Positions 1 through 13,669 of a stretch of 64,000 nucleotides of DNA are shown here, piece by piece. Both the position numbers and the translations under genes were made by a program. The stretch lies in the NCBI RefSeq assembly GCF_009834535.1, contig NC_045696.1, positions 35,776,001 to 35,840,000 of the forward strand, in the 5' to 3' direction. The notes under the pieces are model-generated. The model was not told the DNA's origin. It made no database searches and saw only the letters and a program-made list of their open reading frames with translations. Each line of letters opens with the position of its first letter. Position 1 is the stretch's first letter. The stretch is from Camelus ferus. Taxonomy: Eukaryota.

Positions 1-359
1 TTGAATCAAAGAAGGAAAGCATTTCTGGAAAATGTTGTTCCCAGCAATACAGAGGAGACCTGGAAAGGGAAAATGGTATGTCAAGTTGAAAACGGATAAT
101 CTGATAGTTTGTCTTTGGTGTCCATTGCTTCTTCCACATTTAAGTTTTGAATAAGTTTCAGGATAACATGATGCAACTGCCCAACTAAAGACATGCTTGC
201 CCTCTCCTGGGAAGGAGAGACACAAAGTCTAATTTACCACTTCATGTATCACAGTATGATTCATTTGCCGTCAGCAAGTAGATATGTCTTAAAAGATGTA
301 CACAAGTCCTTCATGCTCAGACGCAATGCCACCAGGCAGTAATGCTGAGCCATACACAC

Positions 360-1230
360 AAAAATAAAGAACACCAGTAAAAGTAACTGCATAGGTAAAT
401 ATAAAAGACAGTGGAAATACATATTTTCTCTCTCCTTCTCTTAACTAATTTATAAGAAAATTACATACAACAAAAATTATAAAAATGTTCTGTTGAATTT
501 ACACAATATAAAGATGTAGTATATATAATAATATGTCAGTAATAACAAAGAGGTGAGCAATGGCGCTCTGTTGGAGGAAAAGTCCTGTATTTGTTGAAAT
601 GGATAGTATTAATTTGAAGAAATTGTTATAAATTAAGATATATATTGTAATTCCTAGCGTAAAGAAAGCAACAAAAAATGAACAAAAATAGTGAACTATA
701 AAATATGTACATAGCACTAAAGAGCACAGAAATACAGGTACAGAAGGGAAAAAAGAAGTGAAACAAAAACAAATAAATAACAAAATGTGAACTGTAAATC
801 CAACCATAACAATAATTACTTTAGATATAAATTGACTTTAAAATACAAAAACAGATTTTTAATTCAATTAAAAAAAAGCAAAGCAAGGTCATTCTCTACA
901 TGGTTGGTAAGAAGAAATCTTCAGATTCAAAAGTTTAAATAGATTAAAAGTAAAAGAGCAGAAAAATATGTTATACAAACAGTAAACATAAGAGAGCTGG
1001 AATAGCTACATTAATATCAAACAAAATAGTCTGAGACAAAAAAAGTTACCAAAGACAAAGATGAAGATTTTATAATGATAAAAGCTGAATTCTTCAGGAA
1101 GGGATGATGATTGTTTTGGAACAAATTAACACAATCACCAAAACTTTATCGATGAAGATAAAGGAGAGAAGACACCAAATAATAAAATTAAGGAGTGAAA
1201 GAGGGGATGTTACTAGTGATCGTACAGGTA
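360..1230 (+). mobile_element. Old L1 (L1M-type) fragment: inter-ORF region and degraded start of ORF2
   Basis: A-rich plus strand. 'aatccaaccataacaataattactttagatataaattgactt' resembles the ORF2 endonuclease start (ISIITLNVNGLN), and 'accaaataataaaattaaggagtgaaagaggggatgttactagtgat' resembles QINKIRNEKGDITTD. Confidence 0.8.
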
Positions 1231-1389
1231 AGTAAGCCTTAAGATGGAATACCAGGAACCGCTCCATAGGTATTCAATTTTGTATGCAGAGGGAGGAAAG
1301 CAAAATTAAAAAATTTTAATGGAAATAAACGACGTATAAGAGGCAACACTGAAGAAAAATACATATATATACACACACATATATTTATG

Positions 1390-1700
1390 ACTTTTGAGGG
1401 GTGCAGTTTTAAGTTTATGACAAAGTTGAAAGTACAGGGGTTTCCCACAATCTCCCTGCCCTCACACATGCATATCTTCCCCCACTATCAACATCACTCA
1501 CCAGAATGGTACTTTCTTTTTTTTTTTTTTTTTGGCCAAGAATGAACCTACGTTGAAACATAAGCATCCAAAGCCCATAATTTACCTTAGCGTTCACTCC
1601 CGCTGTGGCGCATTCTATATGTTTGGAAAATGTATGTGATGTCCATCCTTCTTTATCATATCATACAGAGTATTTTTACTGTCCTAAAAATCCTCTGGGC
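1390..1700 (-). mobile_element. L1MC-type 3' UTR fragment
   Basis: 'cccccactatcaacatcactcaccagaatggtac...aatgaacctac...catccaaagcccataatttaccttag...ttactgtcctaaaaatcctctg' matches the reverse L1MC 3' end as recalled. Confidence 0.8.
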
Positions 1701-1789
1701 CAGGATATGTTTAAAACTTCAAAAATTACTTTTTGAAATGTATTTCCTCTCAGTTGACAACACTGATATGGGAGAAACAGGCTGGAAGA

Positions 1790-2010
1790 GTATATATTTG
1801 AACCAAAGTGACCTGGATTCAAATCCTGTCCAGTCCCTTTTTAGAAATGGGTTACTGAAAATATGGCTTAGTTCTTCCTGAGTCTAATTTCTTTATCAGT
1901 AAAATAAGGGTATAAAATAAATCTTACGATTAAGACGTGACATATACGAAGTGCTTAGCATTGTGCCTGGCAACTAAACAGTCAATAAACAATTCTGTAT
2001 TATTATATGT
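1790..2010 (+). mobile_element. MIR SINE
   Basis: 'gacctggattcaaatcctg...aagtgcttagcattgtgcctggca' core motifs. Confidence 0.75.
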
Positions 2011-3609
2011 TGTTAGCGTTTGTTTTGAGGAGAAAAAAATCATTTATCTATAGAAAACTTGAATGTATAAGCAACTTCAGGTAGAATAAAATCCTCTGTA
2101 ATTATTTCATTAAAATGATAACTAAATGTAGTTTAAAAAAGCAGATGGATTTCCAGGCAGAAAGCATTGCTTTAGAAAATGCTACAAATTGACACTAACC
2201 ACTATAGGTGAAACAGGAGACAATATGTAAAGATATTATTATAACTGCTATAATCCTGCGTGCAAAAGGTAATAGATGCTATTCAAATAAACTTTGAGAA
2301 TGTGAATGAGTTGCTACTTGATGAGTGATCTCACCTACTCAAAAGATCTTCCTGCCCTCATTTAGTTCCTTGCTTGCTTAAGAATCTTTGTGGAAAAAAA
2401 AATGCCACTATTCTGAAAGGCTGAGAGGTTGGGAAATGCCAATTACAGCCCCAGGTGAGACACAAACAATTCCACTCATCAGTAAGCAAGAAGGCGGATT
2501 GTTCCAGGAGCTCCTTATATTAACGCCGCAGTCAATGTGGCGAGTCGGTCATGGAATATTTCAACACACTGTGCATGTCATTCGGATTTACAAGCAACCT
2601 GCTGAGAATGTGGAGACCTACTTTTCTCTGCTGTGATTTCAGTGCATTTTAAAAGAATCCCTAAACTTTACCCTTTCCCCCAAATATTTAGCTTTGTTGT
2701 ACTTTTCCAAGATAATAGGAGCATGATTTCTTACCCAAATTTATAGGAAGGCGTGTGCTTCCCAAAGAGGTAGACAGGTTTCAGCTAAAGTTTGCTGATT
2801 CTCATTTGCATTTTAAAAAAAATCAATTCTGTAGTCTTCTACAATAAATAGTCATATACACACAAACGATAAGAAAAAACAGAAGAAAAGAAAGACAATC
2901 AAATATATAACTTTACATCCAAAAATGAAAGAATAAGTGAGTATTAAATAAAGCACTTAGGACAACTGATAAATTTATTGTTCTTATTATAACTCAATCT
3001 ATGATCTGTCAATAGTCCGTTACAGATTTATGCTATCAAAATAGCCTGATTTTTTCACAAGTAATGTAACTCTTGCAAAAGAGCATTTCTGGAAGAAATT
3101 TTAAATGCCACTTCTTAATAGTCTATTATAGTCAAATCCCTTTAAAATATATACCTATTGTATGTATTAATGTTTTTAATAATTTAAAATTATATAGCAT
3201 ATCTGTGAGCTGAAAGGAAACTCTGACTGATTCTTTGTGGAAAACTAAAGTTACAAAACAACCTGAAAAAAAGAAAAGCATTTTTTTTCAGGAAAGAAAA
3301 TACACAAACAAATCTTTAAAATGGTGTACTATTTTTGAAGAGAGGATTCATTTTGTATCCCACTTTGGGCTGAATCTGTCAAATGTGTTCAATACTTCTC
3401 ATCAGCAGATCTGTGCACACTACTTTCATACAGAAGGAATCCCTGAGTAGAGAAATAGCACATTTATTTCACAGCATAATAGACATACAGCAAATAAAGG
3501 GGAGGAACATATTCAACTTGCCAACACAAGTGCATGGGCCTGGGTTTTGCCTGTAGCACATTAGCATTTACTCAAAATATTAAGTGCAGTTTACGCTTTG
3601 AGAATAATC

Positions 3610-3850
3610 AGAGCATAATGGTAAAGATTATGGCCAGTGGAGTCAAATTATGTGGATTTAAATACTGACAGACAAGGCCAGTTATGAGAGACAGGATTTG
3701 GGGCAACTTACCCAGTCTGTGTTTCATATTCCTTGTGTAGAAAGTAGAGATTCTGTTTGGGGGCTAAATACACAATCTATATAAAGGATTTATTACTGTC
3801 TCTGGCCCATAATAAATAATCAAAAAATTAACTATTATCTTCTTTATTAT
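3610..3850 (+). mobile_element. MIR SINE
   Basis: 'agcataatggtaaag...tggagtcaaat...ttggggcaacttaccc...tgtctctggcccataataa' MIR-like layout. Confidence 0.65.
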
Positions 3851-5971
3851 TACCTTTAAGAAAAAAAATTTAAAATAACATTTTTAGTTATTTTTTGTCT
3901 ATTATTATCTATTGTTCTTTTCATTCCATTACTGGATCTATAGGAAAAGCACAGATTATCGCCTTTTAAAAATATTCATGAATCAATACATTAAGTAATT
4001 CAACAAGTACTTATAGAACATCTACTATGTTTTAAGCACTGTTAGTCACTAATGTAATAACAGTCACAAAATAGAATTGCTCTCTGTTCTCTTGAATTCC
4101 ATAGTACATTTTAGACAAACTTAGATAAACATAGGGAGATTTTCTATTCTATTACAGTAAATTACCATCCTAGTTTTATTGAAAAAAGGAGATATATATA
4201 ATATACATATACACAATATATGTATGTATATTTATTCTTTTAGTCCAGCTGCAGACTAATTATTTAATATAGAGCTAAATATGGGTCAGATAATGAAGTT
4301 GCCAGTTTCTGTCTAGTGACTAAATTCTGCCTTACACAAAAGCACTACGTTTAGTCTTACAGTCATTCATCCATTGAACCAAATAGTTATTGAGTCCTCT
4401 GTGCCGGGCTCTGAGAGGCACTCTGAACCAAAACACTGATAAGAATTCTCATCCTTGCTTTCTGAGAGTGGTGGAAAAGTAAAAATGTAAACAGAATGGG
4501 GGTTTATTTATAGTTAAAGGTGTGAGCAAAGAGCTGTGGAAAAAAAGAAGTGATCAGAAAGAAGAAACATTTTAGATTTTAAATTAAACAGTTGAAAAAT
4601 CACATGAAATTGAACATCAATGTAGAAGTTGACAAATGTAGATACAAATATAAAAAAGCAAAAGATATAAATACAAAGAGTCCATGTAAGAATGGTATAG
4701 TTCTTACTACACAAGTAATAGTAATTAAGTTATGCACAAGTGGTATATTACTTAACACATAAGTTACAGAAGATACATTTGAGTGAATGCAGAATTGCAA
4801 TTGCAAGGATAAAAGGAGAAAATATAAAACAGTAATTGACTTCTGGCTTGGAAAAGAATCTTATGAAAAAACTGTGAGTAGAAAAAAAATTTTTTTAAAT
4901 TGAAGACTGCACAAGGGGAATCTAGCTGAAAGCTCCAGACTAAGAAGAATTCTCTCATAGCACTGGAAAGCATTTCAGGAAGGTTATGGAATTGCTATTT
5001 GTGAATATTCACCAGTTACAGTGTAAAGACTGTTTCTTGAAGAGAGGAGGCAAGTGTGTGCATTCACATGCGTCTTGCTGTTGAAGGTAACCATTGCAGG
5101 GTGCCCCTGAGGCTGAGAACAAACACTCAAATTTTACTCTTACCAACGACCACATACAGTCGTCTGTACGCTTAAAAAAGAACATACTCCAAGTATGGTA
5201 TTTGACATTCTGATCCACAGGATAGCAAGGTCACCTTCAAATTTCTGGCATAAGGATATGTTGTTAATCAGGGGGAAAGCCTTGATTATTAGTCAAAAGA
5301 GATAATAGGAAGGCATTTTAATGACAGATAGAAGGCAGATATCCTGTTCTGATGACAGGGAATACCCATCCTCTGTTTCCGAAGGTGCTTACCCTACAAA
5401 CCAAGGCTGCAATGACAGCACCTATCTGAGACTTTCAACTAAGGGTCTGTTCAGTAATCTATTCTTTGTTAGATTTTGACTGAAAGAACATCACATATGT
5501 GAACTTAGTTAGGGCCATTTGAATTTCAGGTTTCCAGTTTTATAGACCCTTAAAAAATGACCAAAGAGTCATTTATGTTCGCATGTCATCTAACCAACAG
5601 AGGATGAGCTATGAATTGTCTCTTGACTGTGAATTTTAGGCTGAAATTAGACCCTCAAGGAACTGCAGAACAGCAGAGGTGGCCGTGCTTGTGGAGGTCC
5701 TTAGTTTGCGTTCAGGAACTGGCTGGAGTTTTTTCTTTGGTTGAGTGGTGTACATTTCTATTTTAACAGTTTTTCTGCCTGGTTAAAAGTAATAAATCTT
5801 ACATTTATATGAAGTTAGTTGGGATCATTATCTTTGCTTTGTACAAACCTTTACTGAATAAAAGTGAAACTATGCTGAGAAAGAAAGAACAAGTTAAAAA
5901 CTTGGGCTAAGACCTGACAAATATTAGAAAATGAACACTGAAATCCAGAAGTTAGGGAGGCACGGCTGCTT

Positions 5972-6390
5972 TGTAAGGACTGCCCTCTTAAGAACTTCTG
6001 CTCATTCATTAACTGGCCCTGTAAACAAAGGGTAAGGATGGACAGAAGAAAGAGGCCAGCTCCCCCAGACTGGTAGGTGTCCAGTTTAACACGCAAGGGG
6101 ACTTAACACACGAGGCTTGTACATCAGCCATATACAACTCCACACCTGCCCCACAGAATCTTAAGGGTTTAAACAGAGGCCTTAGTGGTGTTCAGTTATG
6201 TATACCATCCAGATGGTCTCAACAACACTTTACTTTTTCAAAGTTATGTCCTTGGAACAGCTCCCACTGTGGGAATGGTGGACAGAATGTATGTTTCAAG
6301 GACAGAGGAGGGGTGAGAGCCTCTGATTGCCCAAGTCCAGCTCACTGGTGAACAAGAGGTCACATCCTCTTGATGACCTGTTCTGGCAGC
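5972..6390 (-). mobile_element. Probable ERV solo LTR (family unassigned)
   Basis: ~420 bp GC-richer block bounded by TG...CA with LTR-like composition. No clear TSD found, and orientation is inferred. Confidence 0.5.
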
Positions 6391-6449
6391 ATACGGTAGG
6401 TAACAAAATATGGAATGGATCAGGAAGTGGAGGAGAGCACTTGGAGATT

Positions 6450-9070
6450 ATAAAGTATATCTCACCCCTTCACCAAATTCATCCATTCCAGACAGTTGCT
6501 CAGTGGAAAAAATTCTCAGCCCAGAGGAGACAGCCTACCATTGTAAGCTAATCTCAGTTCACTTACACTCCCCTGTAAAAGCACAATTATAGCATTAGCC
6601 ATCACCTTTACTTTTCAGATGAGGTAACAGAGGATGATCAACTTAAGCTACAGCTGCCACAGTATCCAGCTGTAAAACTGGTCACTAGGCCTAAAAACTG
6701 ATAGTTATAGCTTTATTCTTATACCAACCCTTCCATATTCTTGCTTGCTATTCTCTGACAGTATCTCTTACCCTTACTCTTACCCAATCTACTTGGCAGA
6801 GTGATTCAAATATTTATTATTTTAGGATCCAAGCCCTCACTGGACCAGTCTTCATGAATTGTTACAGTTTCCCATGATGATTATGACTGGACATGGAATA
6901 AGAGGCACTCTAGTGAATCTTCTGGATTCACTGAATCTTTGTCCCCACAGTAGAGAAGCAGACCAACTGTCCCTTCATAATTGGGAATAAGGATCTGACC
7001 AGCAGACTGATCTTATTCATTACTCCTGCTTCAGCAACATGACGAGCCCCAAATGGCTAGTGGATAGTCTCAGCTATCTAATTAACAACTCCATGACTAT
7101 GTTCCCTAGTATATGTACAACTCCTTCAGCTCCTAGCCCCTCCACATCCTCCAAGACCAAGGCTGCAAAGACAAGCAGCAAATGTTTGACCAATGGGTTC
7201 TTAAATATATTAATGAAAGGGGCCTGTCTTCACCTTGGTTCCTAAACTTACACATCCTAGCTGAAGAGAAACTGGAATCATACAGTAGACTACATTGTAA
7301 TTGCAGGACATAAGTGAATCTTCAATAGGACATAGCAAGGTTCCATCAAACTCCTTTTTTCTGGGTGAGGAGTTCATGGTAAAACCAATGAGTCCCTTGC
7401 ACATGAGCTCATTGTTACATTTCTTTCACAGTATAATGAGTTCTTTGTTTGGAGACAATGATGTGTGAGATATCAAGGCCATAAATAAGGCATCCTGTAA
7501 ATCCACTAATGGATGTTCTGGCAGAAGTATTTCAGACAGGGAAGGCAAGTTCATATTTGGAATATGTACTTTTTCTCATAAAAACAAATCACTACCTCAT
7601 ACCTCGGGGAGGGAGTCAAAGTAGTCTGACTGCAGCATCAATGTATAGGTTGAGCAGGTGGTAGCCAGATCACCCTTAATGAGAGAAAGGCCATGATTTT
7701 TAAGTCCATGCCCAGCCCATATCTCTACCTACATATCTTCTTTGTACACAGCCACTGTCGACAGTGGGATACTTGGACAATGAGGTTTGCTGTCATCAAC
7801 AGGATGGCTCATCTTGTCCACCTAATTATTAAGTCTTCTTTGCAGTGATGTCTCTGGAAGGTATCTGTTTGATAGGAACTCGTTCTCTTTTTGCTTATTT
7901 TGTGATATTCATCCACATCTTCCCAATCCTTCTTGTCATAAATATTCCAATTTTACTGTCTATTTTTCTAGCAAGACAAGACTTAGCAACTACCCATGAA
8001 TAACATAGACCCATATCATATATGATCTTTCTTTAAAGTACAATATATATAATAACTAGATACACTACTTGGCATTTGGTCAAGAAAACATTTATCTTCA
8101 CCATTGTCTTCTTTTTTTATTGACGTACAGTTGATTTGCAATGTTATGTTAGTTTCTGGTGTACAGCGTAGTAATTTAGTTATATATATATTTTTTTCAT
8201 TATAGGTTATTAAGTTATTGAATATAGTTCCCTGTGTCTTTACCATTGTCTTCTATAGTCTCCTCAAGTTGGGCTGTAGTGTAGCAATTATGCACTTCTA
8301 GATGGAACGTGATACTTTGAAAATCCATTTGTGAACCAGGCTATGCTCTTCCCTTTCCAGTAACTGGTCATAGGAAACTCCCCATGAGTCCCTACGTGTA
8401 GATAGAGCAAGAAATGGTGAAACTCTTAAAGGTAGATACTTGTGAGTTTATGCCATCTGTTAATGCTAATTACCATTTAGAGCTTGGTCTCACATATACC
8501 ATTTCCATTTTATGAGGAAGTGCTTTTCTTACTATCTAACCCTATGACTTTATGGATAAGATAGGCCCAGTATGTGATGGACAGAAGAGGTCTTACACCT
8601 TAAAGGAATAGCCCCACCATCCCCAAACACTAAAGAAAATCACGAATGTGGCAGCCCCTTAGCCTTCTCAGGCTGACTGCCTACTCTCTAGTGTACATGC
8701 ATTTCATAAAGCACATAGGGAGCTTTCTAATTTCTCTTCCCTAGGTCAGTTAGTAAAATGTTGATATGATTAGGAATGGCTGATCAAGGTGAACACAATA
8801 CATTCACTCCAGCATTCCTATTTCCTAGCCCTTTGGACCCCTTTCTCTAAATAGTATGCTAAGAAAGTTGTCTTCTTAATCTCATTAACTCCAGGCCATT
8901 ATTGATTCCAAGATTTCTTTGTTCAGCACACCAAATTGCTGTGGTCCATCTTAGAGGCTGGAGCTAACAAGTTAATTCCTGAATTCCAAGTAACTGCACA
9001 CATATCAATATATTCAGCATAAAGTAACTTTATATTCCATCTTCCTTTTTCTCATACAATTAAGCTCTTT
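6450..9070 (-). mobile_element. Degraded ERVL internal region (gag and pol/integrase remnants)
   Basis: Minus strand ~7560-7370 reads YELAFPV*NTSARTSISGFTGCLIYGLDISHIIVSKQRTHYTVKEM*Q*AHVQGTHWFYH, similar to the ERVL integrase core (YGFAYPARNASAKTTIHGLTECLIHRHGIPHSIASDQGTHFTAKEVRQWAHAHGIHWSYH). ~9045-8880 reads GRWNIKLLYAEYIDM..., similar to ERVL gag. Confidence 0.85.
8113..8236 (-). mobile_element. 5'-truncated artiodactyl/camelid L1 3' end inserted in the ERVL
   Basis: 'ttgacgtacagttgatttgcaatgttatgttagtttctggtgtacagc...attgaatatagttccctgtg', flanked by an 18-bp TSD with 1 mismatch: tcttcaccattgtcttct (8095-8112) and tctttaccattgtcttct (8237-8254). Confidence 0.9.
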
Positions 9071-9284
9071 CCCCATAAAGATTGGAGAAGATACCCTCAA
9101 TGTTAAGTAATTAAAATATTTTTAAAATTAAAATCTAGTTTCCTCAAATTGGGAGAAAACCTAATTTTGTTGCTAAGAAAGATTCAGGGGAAAATGAAGG
9201 TTCAAGTTTTTCAGTCCTGTTGAAATCTTCATCTAACATTTTCCAATTTACTGCCACTTGGCTTCAGTCTTAACAAGTCATTCA

Positions 9285-9720
9285 CACTTTCAACAAATAT
9301 TTACTGACACCTTATCTCAATAAATACATCAGTGAATAAAACAAATCAAAATCCCTGTATTCACAGTCACATTATTCTAGGAGAAGAAAAGAACATGATA
9401 AATGAAATATGAAAATCTGTTAGTGATTAGTTCTAAGAAGAAAAGTAATGCTGGGACGGGCCCTGACAGAACATACCAGTGATAGAGGAGTTGCAGGTGA
9501 GACGGGTGTCCAGGTTGGGCACTCACTAAGAAGAAGACATGGAAAGTAAGACCTGAAAGTGTGGAGGCGCGATCCATTTGGACTTCAGGGTACTGAGCAT
9601 TCCAGCCAGAGGAAACCTCAAGGGCAAAGGCCTTGAAGCAGAAGTGTACCTGACTGGCTCAGTGAGCAATGAGACCCAATGTATTTGAAATAGAGTGAAC
9701 CAAGGGGAGAGCAGAGTTCT
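9285..9720 (-). mobile_element. L2 LINE 3' fragment
   Basis: 'caacaaatatttactga...agcattccagccagaggaaac...caaaggccttgaagcagaagtgtacctg' are typical reverse L2 motifs. Confidence 0.75.
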
Positions 9721-9984
9721 TTATTATAGATAGGTAAAGATAATTCAGTGATCATAATAAAGACAAATCAAGTCTGTCCTTGCTCATAGCATTGAAAGTG
9801 TAATAGTGTACCAAATTTCCGCTCATCTCACTATCACTAGATTTCCTACCAGAGGTTCATTTTTAATCCAACTCCCTAACGTTAAATAGTTTAAACAGGT
9901 GAGCTCCGTATATGTCTTGTGGGACAGATAGAAAGAGGCTGCAGGATTCCATATGCATTAACATTATTGTCTTATGGGACAGCC

Positions 9985-10190
9985 TAATGGTAAAAATGTG
10001 GGCTCTGAAGTCAACATATCTAAGGGTTGGGATCCCAGAGTTTCCCCAGTTCTTAATTTTGTCATCATGTGTAAGATGGAGATAATCTCACATATGTTAA
10101 AGAATTCTGGAAAAGATAAGGTAAAATCTATAAGGCAGACAACATGCCATTGTATCAGCCGGCACTGATAAATACTGATATCTATTTCCT
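9985..10190 (+). mobile_element. MIR SINE
   Basis: 'taatggtaaaaatgtgggctctgaagtcaac...gggttgggatccc...tgtaagatggagataat'. Confidence 0.6.
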
Positions 10191-10879
10191 TGCTTTCTGA
10201 TTTTGTACTGTTATTATTTCACTGAATTGCATGTCATCAGGAAACCAACCCCCTCCACAGACCTCCTTAACACTGTGGAGGAAGTGCTACAATCCACCTT
10301 GTCAAAAGACTCAAACTGTAGTGGTTAAGAGCATCATGAAAATAACTGAGATGAAGATCTAGGAAATGGCCAGAGTGAATGTATGCATGTGGTGCCTGAA
10401 AAATGTGTGGTGCTGACAGGATTGAGGGGGATCATGGGACTTGGAAATGTGGACTAGAAAGTACAGCACAGGCCGAGGAGCCACTACTCAGGTGTAGAGG
10501 TTCAGAAATTTACTCCAGAGATCCCAAGAGACTCCAGATAGTCCAATTTCACCGGGAGTCCTGAAACAGGTTTTGAGAATGTCTCTCACTCTCATTTTGA
10601 AAACAGGTGCATGATCAAATTACAGATGTTCTCCTAGTCTTGTCCACTTAGAAAATTGTGCTCCAGAAAGGTTGGGAGATACTTAAATAAAGGAACCGTT
10701 ATTGTCATGTAGTCAAATGTTTCAAAACAAGTATTCCTTGGGGGTCAATAAAGGCTTCCTGGGGGATGTGGGATCTCAGATAAATACTGAGGAAGGGAGG
10801 AAGAGTATGCCACTATTACAATGAGGCTGAGACTGAAGAGAAGATAAGTCTTATAAGCTGAGGAAATAATGAAAGCTAA

Positions 10880-11410
10880 TCCAGAAAGAGAGAGTAAGAG
10901 AGTCAAAGCACAGGCACAGGATGTATTTGATTAGAGCTAGATTGTGGGGTGCAGCTAAGCCACCCTTAAGAAATAAGCCTAGGTGGGCAAGAAGGGGCCT
11001 GTATGAGAGGTCCAATAAAGTAGGGTATGGATTTTATTCTGAACAAATTAAGGAGGCACTGATGGGTTTTAAACAGGGAAAGGACTGATATGTTCAGTTT
11101 TCAGTGCTTTAGAAAAACTTGAGAATGGCTTATAGGTGGTCCAAAGTGGAAGTGGGCAGACTGATGCTGATTCAGTGAACAGCGTGCAGAACATAATGGA
11201 TTTAACTGGGTAGTGGTAGTGTGAAGAAAGTGAAAAAATAAAGCCCCTCTAACATTATATAGGAAGTCAAAAAACATAAGAGCCAGGGATCAGTCTGATA
11301 TGAGAGCAAGAAAGAGTGGTATTTAGGATGATCCAAGGATTTCTGGATAGAGCAAAAAAGCAGGTGGCGTTGCTATCTTTGGCTCAGAGAGCACAGGAAG
11401 AGGAAACGAT
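10880..11410 (-). mobile_element. L2 LINE fragment
   Basis: 'ggattttattctgaa...gcactgatgggttttaaacaggg...ggatgatccaaggatttctgg' are reverse L2 motifs. Confidence 0.7.
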
Positions 11411-11689
11411 ATACTGGTGAGGGGGATGATTATGACGTATTCTGTGCCACATTCATGCATGAGGGCAGTTATGGTATTTCAGTACAAATGCTCAGAACGA
11501 CATCCATCTCTGTATTACTGTGAGTGCCTCAAAGGCAGTGACTTTTCTTATCAATGTTTATCAGTTAGTTCTTACACTAATACTATTATAGAGCTAACAT
11601 TCAAGGGCATTAAATAAATATTTGTATGTTTATTAATGTATTCACTAATATTTATTGAACATTAACTATGTACTAGGTATCAGTCTAGG

Positions 11690-11845
11690 TCAGTTATTCT
11701 CAATCACGGCTGCACATCAAAGCAACTGGAAATGTTTAAAAACCACTGAGGCCTGAGGTCTGAGTTCCTATGTAGACCCATTGTATCAGAAGCCAAGTGG
11801 CATACAGCAAATTCCATCCAGTATCCAGGGTTAATAATTACTGCT
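11690..11845. mobile_element. MER5A-like hAT-Charlie DNA transposon relic
   Basis: 'cagttattctcaatcacggctgcacatcaaagcaactggaaatgtttaaaaacc...cagggttaataattactg', with CAG...CTG termini. Confidence 0.65.
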
Positions 11846-13425
11846 TTAAGAGCTGGAGGTATTACAAAAAACAAACACAAGATGAACACCACCACCACAC
11901 ACACACACAAGAGAGCCCTGGTCTCATTATTTAGGGTTATGTGTGAAGATTAATCGAAGGCAGAAAGAAAGAAAGGCAGGAAGTCAGAAATAGCTGCTAT
12001 GCTAATTCAGATGTTCCAATATTTAAATAAATAATAGTTAATAACAAATTATGAAATAATCTTAAACAATACAACCAGATCATACAATAAAAAAATCAAA
12101 TCTTTCATGTGAAGCTCATTACTTGAGACAACATCATCTTACAACAATCTTAAGCTTGTAAGTAAATAACCAGATCATATACTCCTTCCAAATTAAAATT
12201 CTTAACCCTCAGCCCTGTGTGTCATCTGTGACACAGAATACATTTAATTCATTTTGAAACAACCTCTTGGTTTCCGGATATTATCTGGTTAGAACGTAGA
12301 CACAAGAACCTACAAAGGACAGTGATGAGCATATATTAACTGCTGCACAAAGGGACCACAGGACTACAGGAAAGACTGCAGACATGAATACAAAACGAAC
12401 CTGCTGCTTATTTTGAGTTAAAGCAGGTATTTCTCTTATTCCAGATTTCACCCTCTCATTGGATAAGGAGGTGGGATAACAACATAAGCTATGGGAAAAT
12501 GAACAAAGGAAATGTTAAGTCCAATTTGCCTCAAAGGCCCCTACATGTTTCATGATATTAGAGCACAGGTCAGCATCACTGTACCTAATGTGACTTTTGA
12601 ATAATCATTTTGAAAAGTTGGAATAAAAAAATTAAAACATAAGAAATTATGTATCTCAGAGAGTTCTACAAAGCAGTGATGAAGAGTAAATATTTTATTT
12701 CAGGGATTAAGCATTAATTATCTGGAAATTTTACTTATCCTGAACATCTAATTTCCCAGAGGGTACAGTGTAAATGATACATTACTAGCCTATTAGAAAA
12801 GGTGATCCATTATTGCCTGGTACATGGAGCAAACTACTATTAATTTCATTTACTATTTGCCTTCAAGTAGAGCATGAGAGTCATTTCTCAAGAGATAATT
12901 AAAACATGGCTTCAGAATATTCATACAGAACCAATAAGCACAAAATATCATATAGCTATTATATATACATTTGCTGCCTCAGGTAAAAATTATATATGCA
13001 AATAATTTAATTCAAGATTAATAGATAAACTATACATTATTACTTTAGAATATTACATATTATAGCTTTGTATACATTTCCATTGGATTTTCATTATCTA
13101 TGGTTCAATTAATTTGACTGATTACTTAAAACATATTAGAATAAAAACAAGTACTGTGTATTCACATTTATCAAGTACCAAATAATTTACTGGAGATTTT
13201 CTCATGCAATTTCACAATAATGTCTACAAACTCATTCAAGATGAACACAAACATCCTCATTCCAAGAAAAGGATGAATTAATTAATAATTTATGAAGTTT
13301 AATACATGAATAGCTAAATCTCTGAACATTGGAAGAGTTGGGAGAATTACTCATAGTTCAAAGCTACTAAAAAGCAGAGTCAGAATTCAAAACCTGGTTA
13401 CTCTGGTTCTGTAGTTTAGTTGTTC

Positions 13426-13596
13426 TCAAATTTTGTTCCTTTGTAGCATTGGTGACATCTGAGAACTTGTTAGAAATGCACATTCTCAAGCTCCGCACCA
13501 GACCTACTGGCCAGAAACTCTGGAAGGGGACCCAGTAATCTATGTTTTTAGTTTTCTAGATGATTCTTATTCAAGCTAACACTTGAGAATCACAAT
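13426..13596. mobile_element. MER5A DNA transposon relic
   Basis: 'gttgttctcaaa...gaacttgttagaaatgcacattctc...cagacctactg...agaaactctg...gatgattct...ttgagaatcac'. Confidence 0.85.
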
Positions 13597-13669
13597 AGTC
13601 AATGCTTCCTTCTCGGCGCCATATAATGCCTGTAATCATGTGAAATTTCAGTCACAAAAGCTTCATAGG

